DNA from: Amoebophrya sp. A120
Lineage: Eukaryota > Protista > Dinoflagellata
Assembly (NCBI GenBank): GCA_905178155.1
Contig: CAJINV010000003.1
Location: 5,401,700-5,465,699 of the forward strand
DNA: 64,000 bases
Direction of reading: 5' to 3'
Shown: positions 51,501 to 63,200 of the stretch, piece by piece
Layout: every line of letters begins with the position of its first letter
Position numbering within the stretch: position 1 is the first letter of the stretch
Notes under the pieces: generated by a model
What the model was told of the DNA's origin: nothing
Seen by the model: only the letters and a program-made list of their open reading frames with translations
Database searches by the model: none
Translations under genes and position numbers: made by a program

Positions 51501-53322
51501 CGGCAACTCTTCCTCGTCCTGCTGCTGCTCCAGGAAGGACTCACGTCCGGGGGCGAACTTGGACGCCGGACCGGTGGCCGTGGTGTCGATCAGCTCCACC
51601 TGGTCCGGCCCGGCAAAGTCGTCCGACGCGATGCATTGAGAGGAAAAATCCCCCCTCCCCATATCGAAAAGGCATGCTTCCGAAAATTTGTCCTGCTGAT
51701 TTGAGACCACGAATCACGTCTGTCCTGCAAGAAGACAAATGCAGAGGCTTCCCTGCCATTATGGGAGCGGTTTGGCATGCTGTTGGGCCTAGAGGACAGC
51801 CGTTTGTAATGCTAAGCAACTACTAGACCAAAACGTCTCTCCCTAGGCTGCGGATCTGGCTGCGATGCCGTATTGCAAGACAGCGCGCATTTGTGTACAC
51901 AAATCCTGCATCACAGAGTTCCCATTTGATATGGGGTGGGGGGATTTTTCCTTTTGATACGATGCTGGCCACGGAGCCGCGGTCTCCACCAATGGGAACG
52001 AGGGCGAGGTTGGCGTCCGGCAACATTTCGGCTTCCTCGCTTTCCGGGATGCTACCCAGCGAGCCGCCCCGCGAGGCGCGTGCGCCGTCCGCGGGCATGC
52101 TGCTGGCCCGCTCCCGGGCACCGTCCCCGGCCTCGGCGGTCCGCCCCCGCCCGGCCTCGTCGTCCGGACTCGAACTCTCCGCCCGCTCCGCGCTCCGAGA
52201 CCGCGGCTCCCCGTCCACCTCGCCGTCTTTCTTCAACGGGATCTTGTGCCCCAAGCGCGCCTTGTACAGGTCATCCGCCGTCAGCGTCGAGAGCCGTCGG
52301 TGGCCGCGCTCTCCCGGCAGCTGAATGAGGCCGCGCCCAGACTTCTTGCCCTTGCCCTTCAGCAGGCGAAGCTGGTCGTCAATCATCTTCGCCGGGTCCG
52401 CCGCCCCTCCTTTGCCGTCCCGGACCCGCTGCTCCGCGTACCGCCGCCCGCGCTCGCTGCGCCCGGCGGACTTGTCCGCGTTGACTAGCGCCTCGAATTC
52501 GGGTGTGCCCTCCTTGGGGGCGCGGGCGCGCCGCTTCTCCAACATCAGCTGGTTGAAGTCAATGGGCCCCTTGCCCGCGTGCAGCGCCTGCTTGTCGAGC
52601 TCTTCCACTTTTTTCTTCCGCCGGGCCTCCTTTTTTTCCCGCAGCAAATCCGTCGGCGATTTGGCTTTTTGCGACATCTCCTTAAAGGAGTCGCTGTGCA
52701 CCGACATGATGCGGTCCTCCATCGGAATCTCGCTGTCGGAGATGTCGCCGGCCTCCCGGAGCGGTTCATCGAACTGCACGGTCTTTTTCCCGTCTACAAC
52801 AACGTCTCCTCCTGGTGAAGAACCAACGGGCAGCTCCCCTTCCGCGGGAGCTACACCTCCTCCTGCTCCCGTCGAGGACCCCGGCTCGCCTTCTTCCCCG
52901 TCCCGCGCGCTCCGCAGCGCCAGCGCACTGGACTGCCCCGTAGGAAGACTCATCATGGAGCTCTCCTCCCCGATGTCGCGCGTGAACCGCCGCGTAAAGG
53001 TCCGGGAGACCGCAGCAGGCTTGGCGTGTGGAACTTCGGGCGGGTCTGCGATGTCGTCGTCGTGGTGTGGTTGATCTTCGCCACCCGCTCCTCCGTCGTG
53101 GCGCACGTCGCCCTGCATCGCGTCGTCGCTCCCGACGCTGCGGCGGTGCGGCTGTTGCGAAGACGAGGACGAGCCCCCGACTTGGTCCTGTGCGCCGCCG
53201 CCGGGTGGTCCTGGCCCGGCATGGACGTCGCCAGCCATCGCATCATCGCTGCCCACGCTGCGGCGCTTTTGCTTTGACGAGGAGGACTTTGCAGCTGATG
53301 TTGAGTCTACTTTGTCCTTCAT
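39538..53322 (-). CDS. Hypothetical multi-pass membrane protein, 9 exons joined across 8 introners (the last one contains a LINE)
   Basis: All 8 junctions in frame: VASI|ASDD, TNV|TLSG, ATV|VHPE, STYL|SVFF, FTC|MPLG, YQL|TGLK, PGSR|NTVA, DHLL|MAAR; long disordered N-terminus, then hydrophobic helices. Confidence 0.75.
39917..40100. repeat. Four copies of CAGGTCAC(A/G)GTCATCC in the LINE 3' region
   Basis: Copies near 39918, 40005, 40042 and 40079. Confidence 0.8.
41089..45787 (-). pseudogene. LINE ORF2: APE endonuclease + reverse transcriptase (+ possible RNase H-like C-terminus), broken by 3 frameshifts
   Basis: YWNVNG, SGDLNA, PT...TIDF, GDH (APE); ASGADGV, IGIDASNFF, IQGS, QFVDD, RILGI (RT) spread over ORFs 43544-45787, 43204-43701, 42696-43424 and 41089-42756. 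Confidence 0.8.
46398..46976 (-). CDS. Basic coiled-coil ORF, putative LINE ORF1
   Basis: K/R/E-rich 192-aa ORF upstream of ORF2 inside the insertion. Confidence 0.45.
   Translation of the reverse strand: MRQGVQSVREPGELEESSETTPTNQNSRKTMEARRQLARLRKGFEMDNPGRPDIAFPGEPLKKQTVPREFTPARSQPVEGAKPGTKEYAKIVRDRCKENLQKRLDAMTPNTRQGEVDKRKKRKRDAHQKSRKKFLKMTKEERAENFEKKLQKGDARVLTADRRKDKKKEKSEKEVKRQQTRARERREQAADS
47529..47807 (-). CDS. Short 5' ORF of the LINE insertion
   Basis: MEKIQMSQREQ... starts at the insertion boundary; function unknown. Confidence 0.25.
   Translation of the reverse strand: MEKIQMSQREQLQNRHAAPSAPSTGGGGTQEKTDHGVERAQNRETKSGKRATDTATTPGNPAKRQKQVVAEWSSEEEMSPLFTPRAGGSNRN
48074..48396. mobile_element. 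Introner family E (TIR core GAAAAATCCCCCCTCCCCATATCGAAA)
   Basis: TSD TCGCG. Confidence 0.9.
48644..49058. mobile_element. Degenerate introner family A
   Basis: TGTCCTGTGGAAAAACG / CGTTTTTCCTCAGGATA; TSD TCAGC/TGAGC. Confidence 0.8.
49631..49909. mobile_element. Introner family A (opposite orientation to the 34134 copy)
   Basis: TSD TGCAG. Confidence 0.92.
49955..50303. mobile_element. Introner family E
   Basis: TSD CAAGT. Confidence 0.9.
50398..50559. mobile_element. Introner family B
   Basis: TSD CCGCT/CCACT. Confidence 0.82.
50739..50962. mobile_element. Introner family F (TIR TAT.AGAGTGCACA..TCTCCCC)
   Basis: TSD TGACG. Confidence 0.88.
51634..51959. mobile_element. Introner family E
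   Basis: TSD CGATG. Confidence 0.88.
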
Positions 53323-54228
53323 TGCGTCATCGCTGCCAACGCTGCGGCGCTTTGGCGACTTCGGGGGTCGAAGAACCTTTGGCGGGCCCGCGGCCGCGCC
53401 GCCGCCCGAATCGCCGCTCTTCGACTGCGAGGAGCGCGATGTACTGGAGGAAAAAAAGTGTTACTGTTACACATTGCAAGAAAAATAAAACCGAATATTT
53501 TCATACGTTCAGTAAGAATTTTTTTGGAACGCAGGTCGGCGAAAACTTCGTTTCTGATGAATGACGCAGACATGACGAATGCAGCCAGCCATCGGCCCCA
53601 TCAGTTACGTCCTACACTAGCTAGCTGAGGGCGCGCCTATTTTGGCGCTCCTCTCCCAATGGCTGGCCCGGAATGCGGTTCGCTGGCCTTTTGTTTCCTG
53701 GCCCCATCCCGTGACAACATGAAGCAGAGAATACAGATGGAAGGGGACTCGGTCACAAGAGTGGCAAACCGCCTCCGGGTGAACATTGGCAGGGTTTTGG
53801 TAGCCCTGTAGCACGAGTGTTGCGCTATCAAGCATGCGCCGCTTGACTTGTAGGCGAGATATTTTCTCAGACACCCACGGAAGAGCCTGCGCCCGCAGGA
53901 TCCCTGAAATTCAATCACGGACGTAGCCAGTAGCTTCGTACAGCATGCCTAGCCTAGTAGAATCGCACAGCCTAAGCCTAGCCAGCCTACGCCTATGCTT
54001 ATGCCCATCGTGAGTCTTTCCATCCTGACAGTGTAAATGAGTGCCCCCACTCGGATACTCAACGGACGAAAATCATTGCTACCGATTCCGCTCCTGTTTT
54101 GATGTGTTCGAGACTTACACTGACACGAAAATGAAAACGCAATAGGCGTGACAGGTAGCCGCGGCTCGAAAAAAGTTCTAGCCTGCCCTTGAAAAAATAC
54201 GCTATTTTCGATGTCGTGTGTAACTGTA

Positions 54229-57200
54229 TCACTTTTTTCCTTCGATATGCGAGGAGCGCGATGTGCTGGAGGAAGACTCCCCCGTGCTCTCACGGTCATC
54301 CACCGCGGCTGCCGCGTCGCCCTCTGCCTCGCCCTCCGCCTTGACGTCTACCCTCCCGGCGCCCTTGGGCGCGCCGGCCAACGCGCCCTCCGATTCATCC
54401 TCCGGGTCGTCGTTTTCGTGCGGGCGAAGGCTCCGCTTCCGCCGGTTGCAGTAGGTGTCCTGCCAGTGCTGGGGGGTCCACACCTCGGTGATGATATATT
54501 TGGTGGTCTCCGAGGGCTTCGTGGAAATGCGGTCGATGTTGGTACGGCGCCAGGTGCACAGACACAGGATGATGAAGTAGATCTGCACCCACAAAATGGC
54601 GGGGAAGGCGGGGAGGAACGTGAGGTAGGGGTAGGGAATTTTCTCGTACTCCGGGCAACCCTTGTGGGCGGGGGGCGGAAAATTTTGGTATTCGTTGCTG
54701 TAGCATCAAATGCAAAAATGTCTGGGTCTGGAAGTTTCTAAACTTGTGATGCTGTCTCTAGATTCTAAAAAAATTTGCATTGAATGACCGGCAACATAAC
54801 TCCAGTTTGTGCTACCCGGAGAGGGCATTTCTCATGCGGTAGAGGCATCACAAAGGCCTCTAAAAATCTGTCATGCTACAGCATGCATCACAGACATCAC
54901 GAGTCTTCCAAAATATGCATGACAAACCTGGCAAGCTTCCAGACCCAGACATTTTTACATTTGATATGTAGTCCGGGGACTCGAAGCACAGGGTACCATT
55001 TTCCACGTCGCCCCCAAGCATCTCGTCGATCTGGTTTCCGTACAAGAAGTCGATCTTTCCGTCGGCCTCCCAGTCGACGCGGAGCACGTCCCACCGCTCG
55101 TACAGCGGAGCCGCACAGGCTGCGTCCTTCAGAAACCCCCGGAGGTCGCGCAAATGCGGCATGTACGACCACTTCAGCGTGCAGGGGTTCGCCCGCCGCG
55201 CCTTGTTGAACATGAAGGACATGTCCGTCATCCGGTCGAGGCCCCACTTGGACGTATCCGGGTTCGCGTGCAGACTGTTTTCGAACATCGCCTATCAAGT
55301 GCAAATATGTCCTCTGGGTCTGAAAACTTGTGACGCATGTCAGTGAATAGACAGCGCACTGTAATGCACCGCCAAGCATGACAGATTTTCTCGTGGCTCT
55401 GTGTTGCGTATTCCGTTTCCGCATGAGAAACATCGTTTTTGCATGACAGACAAGAGGAGGTCTTCCGATGGCCCTACGCAATACAGAGTTTGGAGTCATG
55501 CCAAACGAGCATGAGAAATCTCGCAATCTTCCAGAGCCAGACATATTTGCAATGCATATCGCCCGGGCTGAAACCACGTACTTCATGTACCAATTTTTCG
55601 TGCTCGGGTCGGCCCGGATGGTGTCTTTGAACATCTCATCCATGTTATCGCAAGAAAAAACTGTTTCACTGTAAACTTGTGATGCATAAAATGGAACGCA
55701 GAAGTATTTGTGGTCTTGCTACACATGCAAGAAAGTGGATTTTTAGCTGTGTTTTCCCTTAGGAAGCTTGCATGGCAAATTTTCTCTGTCATGTAGAGCG
55801 AACTTGTCATGCAAAACCTGCAAAATGATCCTACCTTACAGTGAAACAGTTTTTTCGTGGGATACATGTACACGTGGCGCATGTTGGTTGGGAAGGGCTC
55901 CGGTTGGTAATCTCCGTACATGTAAAGGCGGCACCCAAAAGAGTTCACACACCCCAGTATCAAAAGGAAAAATCCCCCCTCCCCATATCGAAACGACGTT
56001 TCTGATGCTGGATTTCCATACACAAATCAGATTTGTCTTGCAGTAGAGGACTGCAGGCATATGCCAAGCCTCAGTCGAGAGGTTTTGACGTAGGCGCCTA
56101 GCATGACAAACGCGCATGCTCTTAGCCCAACAGCATCACAAACCGCCTGCAAAATGCGGAACGCTTTCTGGACTTGCCTTCTTGCAAGACAGCCAGGATT
56201 TGAGGTCACAAATGCGCATCACAAATTTTCAGACGGATACGTTTTCGATATGGGGAGGGGGGATTTTTCCTTACGATACCCAGCGGAGCCGGTTCGTCCG
56301 CGTAGCTCCACATGCGGACTATGGCGTTCTCAATTGTTACATTCTCAACTGTTACATGAATTTGTGATGCAAGAATGGCAAAAGTGATAGGGGAGATCTT
56401 GCGCGTCTTGCATGACAGATTTGGCGCCGATTATCAGCCTGTTTGGCCCTCTGAGAATTTGTCATGCGGAGCAGCTTGATGGTGTCGATTCTGAAGGCTA
56501 TTTTGCATGACAAATCATGTAACAGTTGAGAATGTAACAGTTGAGAACACCATACGGACGGAGCCGAACTTATGGATGTGTCAGGATCGAAATCGACGAA
56601 ATCGAAAAACTTGTGATGTATAAAATGTAGGGCGCCGAAAGCTTGTATTGGGGAGCAGGCAAATGAGCCCGATTGTGAGCCTGTTTATGGGTATGCAATG
56701 TGCTGCCAGAGTAGCACGACAGGAGCAGTCTCCTTTGCTCAAACAGCATGACAGGCTGTATTTGGGTGCTCTCGAAATTGGTCATGCGCCACTTGGAAAC
56801 TGAGGCTCCAACTGACATCGATTTTGTGCATCGCAAACTTTTCTACTTTGTCAATTTCGATTCTGACATTTCCATAGAACTTGGTCGGCGCGTAGTCCAG
56901 GGGAATGAAAATCCCGCGAGCGTTTACTTTTTGCTCTACACTATACAGATCTCCTCCTGCATCACTAGAAGAAGCTGCATCCGTGGCGTTGCCGGCGCCG
57001 TCCTGCTGCAGCGTCCTGCCTAATAAACCTCTCGTCGCGGAGGTCGCCCGCCGGTGGTCATGGGACACAGTAAAAGAGGCTTGAGGACCGCTCGGGCCGG
57101 GTAAAAGTGTACCTCTGACGGGAAAATTGTTCAGAAATTGGATCCGGTGCTCGTGGCGTCTTTCGTCCGTTATGTTTATAAGCCAGGCTGCCCGCTCTCG

Positions 57201-60200
57201 CTCGAATTCCTCCATTGGTGATGGCGGTGGTGTAAAAGGTGTCTCAACGACATCCTGTTGCAATTGCCTCGTCCGTGCACGAGCAAGTGCTGCTCCTGAG
57301 AGGGGTATGTCCTCGTAAAGCCACTGCCACCCCCAGGTGGAGTGAGCGGTCGCGGCCTGGGCACCCTTAAACATCTGGTTCAGGTACACGGCCTCCTCCA
57401 TGCGCCACCTTCCCATATTCGGGTCCGCAAGTCCCGTGGCCGCGAACATCCGCGTGAAGTTGAACACTTTGCGCGTGTTCCACTTCTCCGTGTCCGGATT
57501 GGCCACCTTCGCGGTGTCAAACATTTGCGAGAAGTCTGTCACCCCCGTGGTGTTCCAGAGGGTGCAGTCGGGGGCCGCACGGTCGGTGTGCATGAACATG
57601 CCGTGCATGCTCTGCAGCTTCGAGGTATATGAACTGCAAAAATATCGTACTAGTATAAATCGCATGACAAATTTCTGCAAGCAGGAAAGTGGAATTTGTA
57701 ATGCTGTTTCGCCCTAGGAAAAATATTTGTCATGCATGATTGCAATTAGTACGAGTACGATACTTTTGCAGAGCGTAAGGTATTCCACGCTGCAACGTCC
57801 GGGTTCGCGTTGGTGGCGTACGCGTATCAAATGTAAAAATGTCGGGGTCTGGAAGAGTCATGCTGTTTTTGCATGACACGCAAGGTCTGGCATGGAAGCT
57901 CTAGCATCACAGGTTTCGCGAAGCTCCCGCAATGCCTAATCCGCATGACAGATCCCCCATTGTGGTGACAGAAAGTGGGCAGCTTCTGCTACCTGTGCAT
58001 GAGAGATTTTTCTGTGTTTTGAAATGCGCATCACAAGTTTGTCTTCTTCCAGACCCAGACATTTTTGCAATGTATAACGCGAACATGCGGACCATGTCGG
58101 TGACCTGGGTCACGTTCCACCCGGAGGTGGCCGGCTCGGCCAGAGGCGCGCGCATGAACATTTTGTGCATGTTTTTCACCCTCCGTGTGTCCCACGGACC
58201 CACGTCGGGCTTCGCCAGCGAATTGTTGTAGAACATGCGATCCATGCTGGTTACCGTGGACACGTCCCAATGGTCGGTCCGCGGCGCGATGTCGCGGTTG
58301 GCAAACATGAGGTCCATGTTGGTCAGACCTACCGCTCGGAAGTTGGGCCCAATCAACAGCACCGCTTTGCCGGCGTCCTGAATGAACCGCCGCATGGATT
58401 GCAGATTGGGTGTGGTCCAGAGCAGGATGTTGGGCTCTGCGTTTTGCGAGGCTTCGAACATAGACGCGATGGTCTGGATGCTTTGCATGTTCCACAGGGT
58501 CACGTTCGGGGTCGCTGCCACCGTGCCCTGGAACATTCCCGACATGTCCGTGGCGGCCCCGGTATTCCAATTCAAGACATCCTATCCAGTGAGAATATGT
58601 CTGGGTCTGTCTGGAAGATTGCAAGACTCGTCCTGCAGATTTTTCATGACCCACGGGGTCTGCCATGCAGGGCCTGGCACAACAGATTCATCTGTGCGAT
58701 CTGTATCACTTCTATCACGCCTATCCTACATGAGACACTCCCTCTCAACTTCAACTTGGTCAAATAAAGTGGAAAGCTTTTGGGAACCATGCGTCACAGA
58801 TCTTTGATGCACGATCCAGACTTAGCATGACAAGCCGCAGCGTTCCAGGCAACTCAGACGTTGTATTTGCAGTGCATACATCCGGCGTGGCCGCAACCGT
58901 CCCGCGGAACATGTTCGCGAAGGCTCCCCCGCTGCCGGTGTTCCAGGCAGTGGTGTTTGGGTTCGCAACTACCATGTTCATGAACGCGCCGGAGAAGTCC
59001 GCCACCTTGCCCACATTCCAGTCCGCCGTGTCCAGGGTCACTTGCAGGGCATCGGCAAACACGTTGGCAAGGCTGGTCACCTCGCCCAGATTCCAGCTGT
59101 TCAGATCGGCCAAAACCACGGTGGAAGAGTATCCTGAGTAAAAACGTACCCACACCAGAGTTGTCATGCAAATCTGCATGCTGAAAATGTTTCTCATGCG
59201 GAGCCCCATGAGAAGCATTTTCCAATCGTGTTTTGCAATTTGTCATGCTCCAATCAGCATGGTATGCTAGATCTGTGATGCTGCTGAGCTAGCTCAAACA
59301 GCACTACACTACGAATCCAAATTTGTCATGCAAAACAGCCAAAACTTGTGGATTTGTCTAGCCGATTCCCCAACTTGACTATGGTGTGGGTACGTTTTTA
59401 CTCAGGATAAAGAGCCTTCGAACGACCCACTCATGGAAGTCACGGAGGGAAAGACCGCCACCAAGGCGGCGCCCGAACTGGTGCTCTGCAGCTCCCGCCG
59501 GGTAAACAGCCGTCTCTTCTGCCGCCCTTGTCCCGGCTTGGAAGCGAAAGAAGCGCGCGTGGAAGACGTCGGAGTAGTTGTTGTCCCGATTGTTGTCGTC
59601 CGAGTTGGTTGCGCAATTGCGGGATCTTCTTCGTCCTCCTGTCCGAAAAAGGCCGAGTACAGGTTTTCGGTCAGCGTGCTAGTCCTCGTGCTTTCTTCTC
59701 CTCCTGCCGCCTCGAGGAATGTGCCCCTCCCCTCGCTGCTCTCGTGCCTACCGCTCAACCACGGCAGCTTTATGACTGGATCTTGTGGATGCCAATTTCT
59801 TGGTCGCTCCCGCCAAGCATCCGCAAACTCCTCTCGTAAGTGCTTGCGTTCTTGTAGCGCTCTCAACATCACGGGTGACTCGGGTCGTGGAGATGTTGAC
59901 GTTGTACTAGCTAGGGTGCTTGGTGGCGCGGAAGACATCGTAGTTGATGAAGTTGTGTAGCTCGCCGCACTATCCCTGGTGGTAGCAGCTGCTGTACTAC
60001 TGCTGGGGACATCGGCTTGTTGACCAATATCACCTGCCGGACTACTAGATGTTGAGCCGTCAAGCAAATTTCGACGGCGCGGCATTCCCGGCGGGAGGGT
60101 TGTTGTAAATGTGCGCACACCGTTCTCGTAAAGCACGGACTCGTCAAAAGTTACCGTGCGCTCGATGCAGAGTCTCTTGAAAAGAAAGCAGTAGTACTCC

Positions 60201-63200
60201 ACCCCGTGCGTGTGCAACGGCGATACCGTGATGTCGGTAAAGTCCAGGCTCTGCAGGTTGTCCAGCTCCGCAAAAGCCCCCTCGAAAGAGACCCAGCCGA
60301 TCTCCCCGATGGCGATTATTTTCGTCAGGGCTTGCTTGAACGCCAAGTACGCCGGGTCCGGCGGGGTAGCAGCTTCTGTGTCCTCTTCTTGCACTCGGCG
60401 CGCGCGAGCATTGTCAACGAGCATTCCCACATCTTCACTCGTGGTCCTGCTGCTAGCTGCGGCTGTAGTGGACTCCTTTCCGGAGGTTCCAAGCAGTCGA
60501 GTCCGTCGGCTGTCCCGCAACAACTTGCGTCTCTCATAGGGATACTCGACCTGCTCGAGCCGGCGAATCTCGCGGCGCGCACTATAACCTGCTCAAGTGT
60601 TACAATCTCAACGAGCTGGTGTCGCAATGGAAACGGAGATGGATCGTGGTCCTGAAGTAGAAGTTGCGCGATCTAGATTTGCATCGGCAACAGCATAGTA
60701 CGAGTACCAACACCAAGGGCACTACATAAACTTGCATTACATAAAGTAAGATGCGCATGACAAGTGCTGGAGTTGTCGGAACAAAGCGCGGACGACACAC
60801 CCTTCGTTCTTTTACTAGTTCGTCGTTCATGCAAGATGACGAACAAGACTGTTGTTCAGCTTGATTTTATTGGAGCAGCTGTGGTTTTTGCGGGATCTGA
60901 GCGGGTCATACGCGCGCGCGTTCGTGACTGCCGGAACTGTAGTGGTGGCTCGGTCGGCAAGAGGAACTGCGTCCAAAGGGTCCGGCGTCAAGGTTTGCCA
61001 CTGCGCGAAGTATGAACTGCAAAAGTATCGCACTCGTATAAATGCATTACAAATTTCCTCAGCGTCAGCATGAGAAAAAAAATTTGTAATGCGAATTTAG
61101 CTTAAGAACAAGATTTGTAATGCATGGTCGCAATACGAGTACGATACTTTTGCACAGGATACGAAGGATGCACCTACGATGACCACAGGGTACGAGCCCG
61201 CCGCGTTGTAGGTGAAAGCCACGTCTGCCAATGCCGTGCCGGTGGTAATCAGCATGGACCCCCCGGTGTCGTCCCCCCAGTACACCATCGCATCGTAGTG
61301 GGTGTCCCGAATCAGGGGGATCCGCACCCGCGTGTTCGCCGCACCGATTTGCAGATCGAACCGCGTGGGCTCGTCGCAGCCGAAGGGGATAACCCACCCA
61401 CGCCCGGGCACGCTCCCCTGGCAGAGCTTCGGCTGGTAGTGCGCGGCGGCGTTGTGGATGGCGGTTCGGATGGCCGGCGCCGTGGGTTTCATGGTTTCCG
61501 GCGTGGCGCACACCGCATTTTTGAACATGTCCGTCACGTCCGCGTCGGGGCGGAAAAGCCAGCGGTTGATGCAGGGGTTCGCGTGGTCGGTCTGGGCAAA
61601 CATCTCCACGAACGTGGTCACCTCCCGAACGTCCCAAAACACCACGCTCCAGGGTGCGAGCTTGGTGTTCGCGAACATGCGCTTCATGTTCCGCACCTTC
61701 GCGGTGTCCCACCGCGAGACCTCGGGGCTGCGGATCACGCCGGTCACGGAGTCGAACATGCTTTCCATGTTCGTAATCTGCGAGACGTCCCAGGTGTAGA
61801 AAAAGTCTTCCGCGGGGTCCTCCGCGAAGTCCAGCAGCGCCCCGTACCGGTGCCCCTGGGTTTCCAGCGCCGGCACAGTCTTCAACTCGGCCGCGTGGAA
61901 CATAAACTGCAGGTCGTCCACGTTGGGCAGGTAGGCCCGGAACGTTGCCAGCGCCGGAATGGACAAGAGCCCGTCGCAGTACTGGAACATATCAAAAGGA
62001 AAAATCCCCCCTCCCCATATCGAAAACGAAATTTGTGATGCTGTATAATACAGCATTACAGGTCGATTTGTGTACTCGAATACAGTATTCGAGTACACAA
62101 ATCGACCTGTAATGCTAGAAGGCCAAGAGACGCAGCTTTGGCCTCGTTTGCAGGCAATTTGTCATGCTGTTTCCCACTTCCAGCTGCCCCCTTTCATTCT
62201 GAAGATGCAAGGCTTTCCCAGCACGCCAACCAGCACTACAGTCCGCATCTCTTCCCTTCTAGCATGACAAAGCTGATTTGTAACCACGAATCTGCATCAC
62301 AAATTTCTAGCTTGAGTATGGGGTGGGGGGATTTTTCATTTTGATAGAACAAAAACGCAAACAACAGGTGTCCGTAGATGCCCAACGACCACAGATGGCG
62401 CCAGGCCTTCTTGAAGTTGCGCACCTTCTCGTAGTCCGCGTGCGCGCTGTCATACAGCGTCCACCGGTCGATCTTCCCCCGCACCACCAGGTGGTACCAC
62501 CCGACCTGGGTGTAGGTGTGCTCGGAGAGCGCCGTCGGGTGCGGTGCGGAGGCGGCGGTCCACACGCTGTCCGGCAGGGAGAACGCGGGCGCCATCTCGT
62601 CGTCCCAGTAGATTGTGTAGGCATGCTATCGTGTGAAAAATAAAGTGCTTCACTGTAAAGGATTTTGCAAGTTTTGCATCACAAGTTTGTCCTGCATCAC
62701 AGAGAAAATCCGCCAACGTGCGAGATTCCTAAGGGAAAAGACAGCTAAAAAGCCATTGTCTTGCATGTGTAGCAAGACAAATACTTCTCAGATACATCTT
62801 CGGCATTACAAGTTTACAGTGAATGTGAAACAGTTTTTTCTTGCGATACATGCTGTGCCGTCGCGGACGTGTCGATCGGGAGCTTCACGGTGGTGGGCGC
62901 GGCGGTGATCTCCAGCGTGACCCGGAACGCGTCGTCGCTCGGGCAATCGGGGTCGGGTGCGTACTGCGGCAGCATCTGCGAGTTGTCGGGGTCGGCCTGC
63001 CCGAACACGTAGTCCAGGTTGTGGATGTTGTACGTGGGAGGCATCCGGCCGCTGTCCGGGCCGAAGTGCGGCGCTTGGCACACCGACACCTGCGGGTTCG
63101 CGCCCGCTTGCGTGGCGAAGTTGCCCAGCGCGGACTGCGTGGTGCCGTCCTTGGAGCTGCCGGCCAGGAACAGCCCCATGTTCTTCGACCAGTCGGTGGA

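Noticed and set aside
60590-60900. Possible degenerate introner or second gene start within the DUF285 gene
   Set aside because: Contains introner-like motifs but no definable TIR or TSD; domain order favours one gene with an unresolved intron
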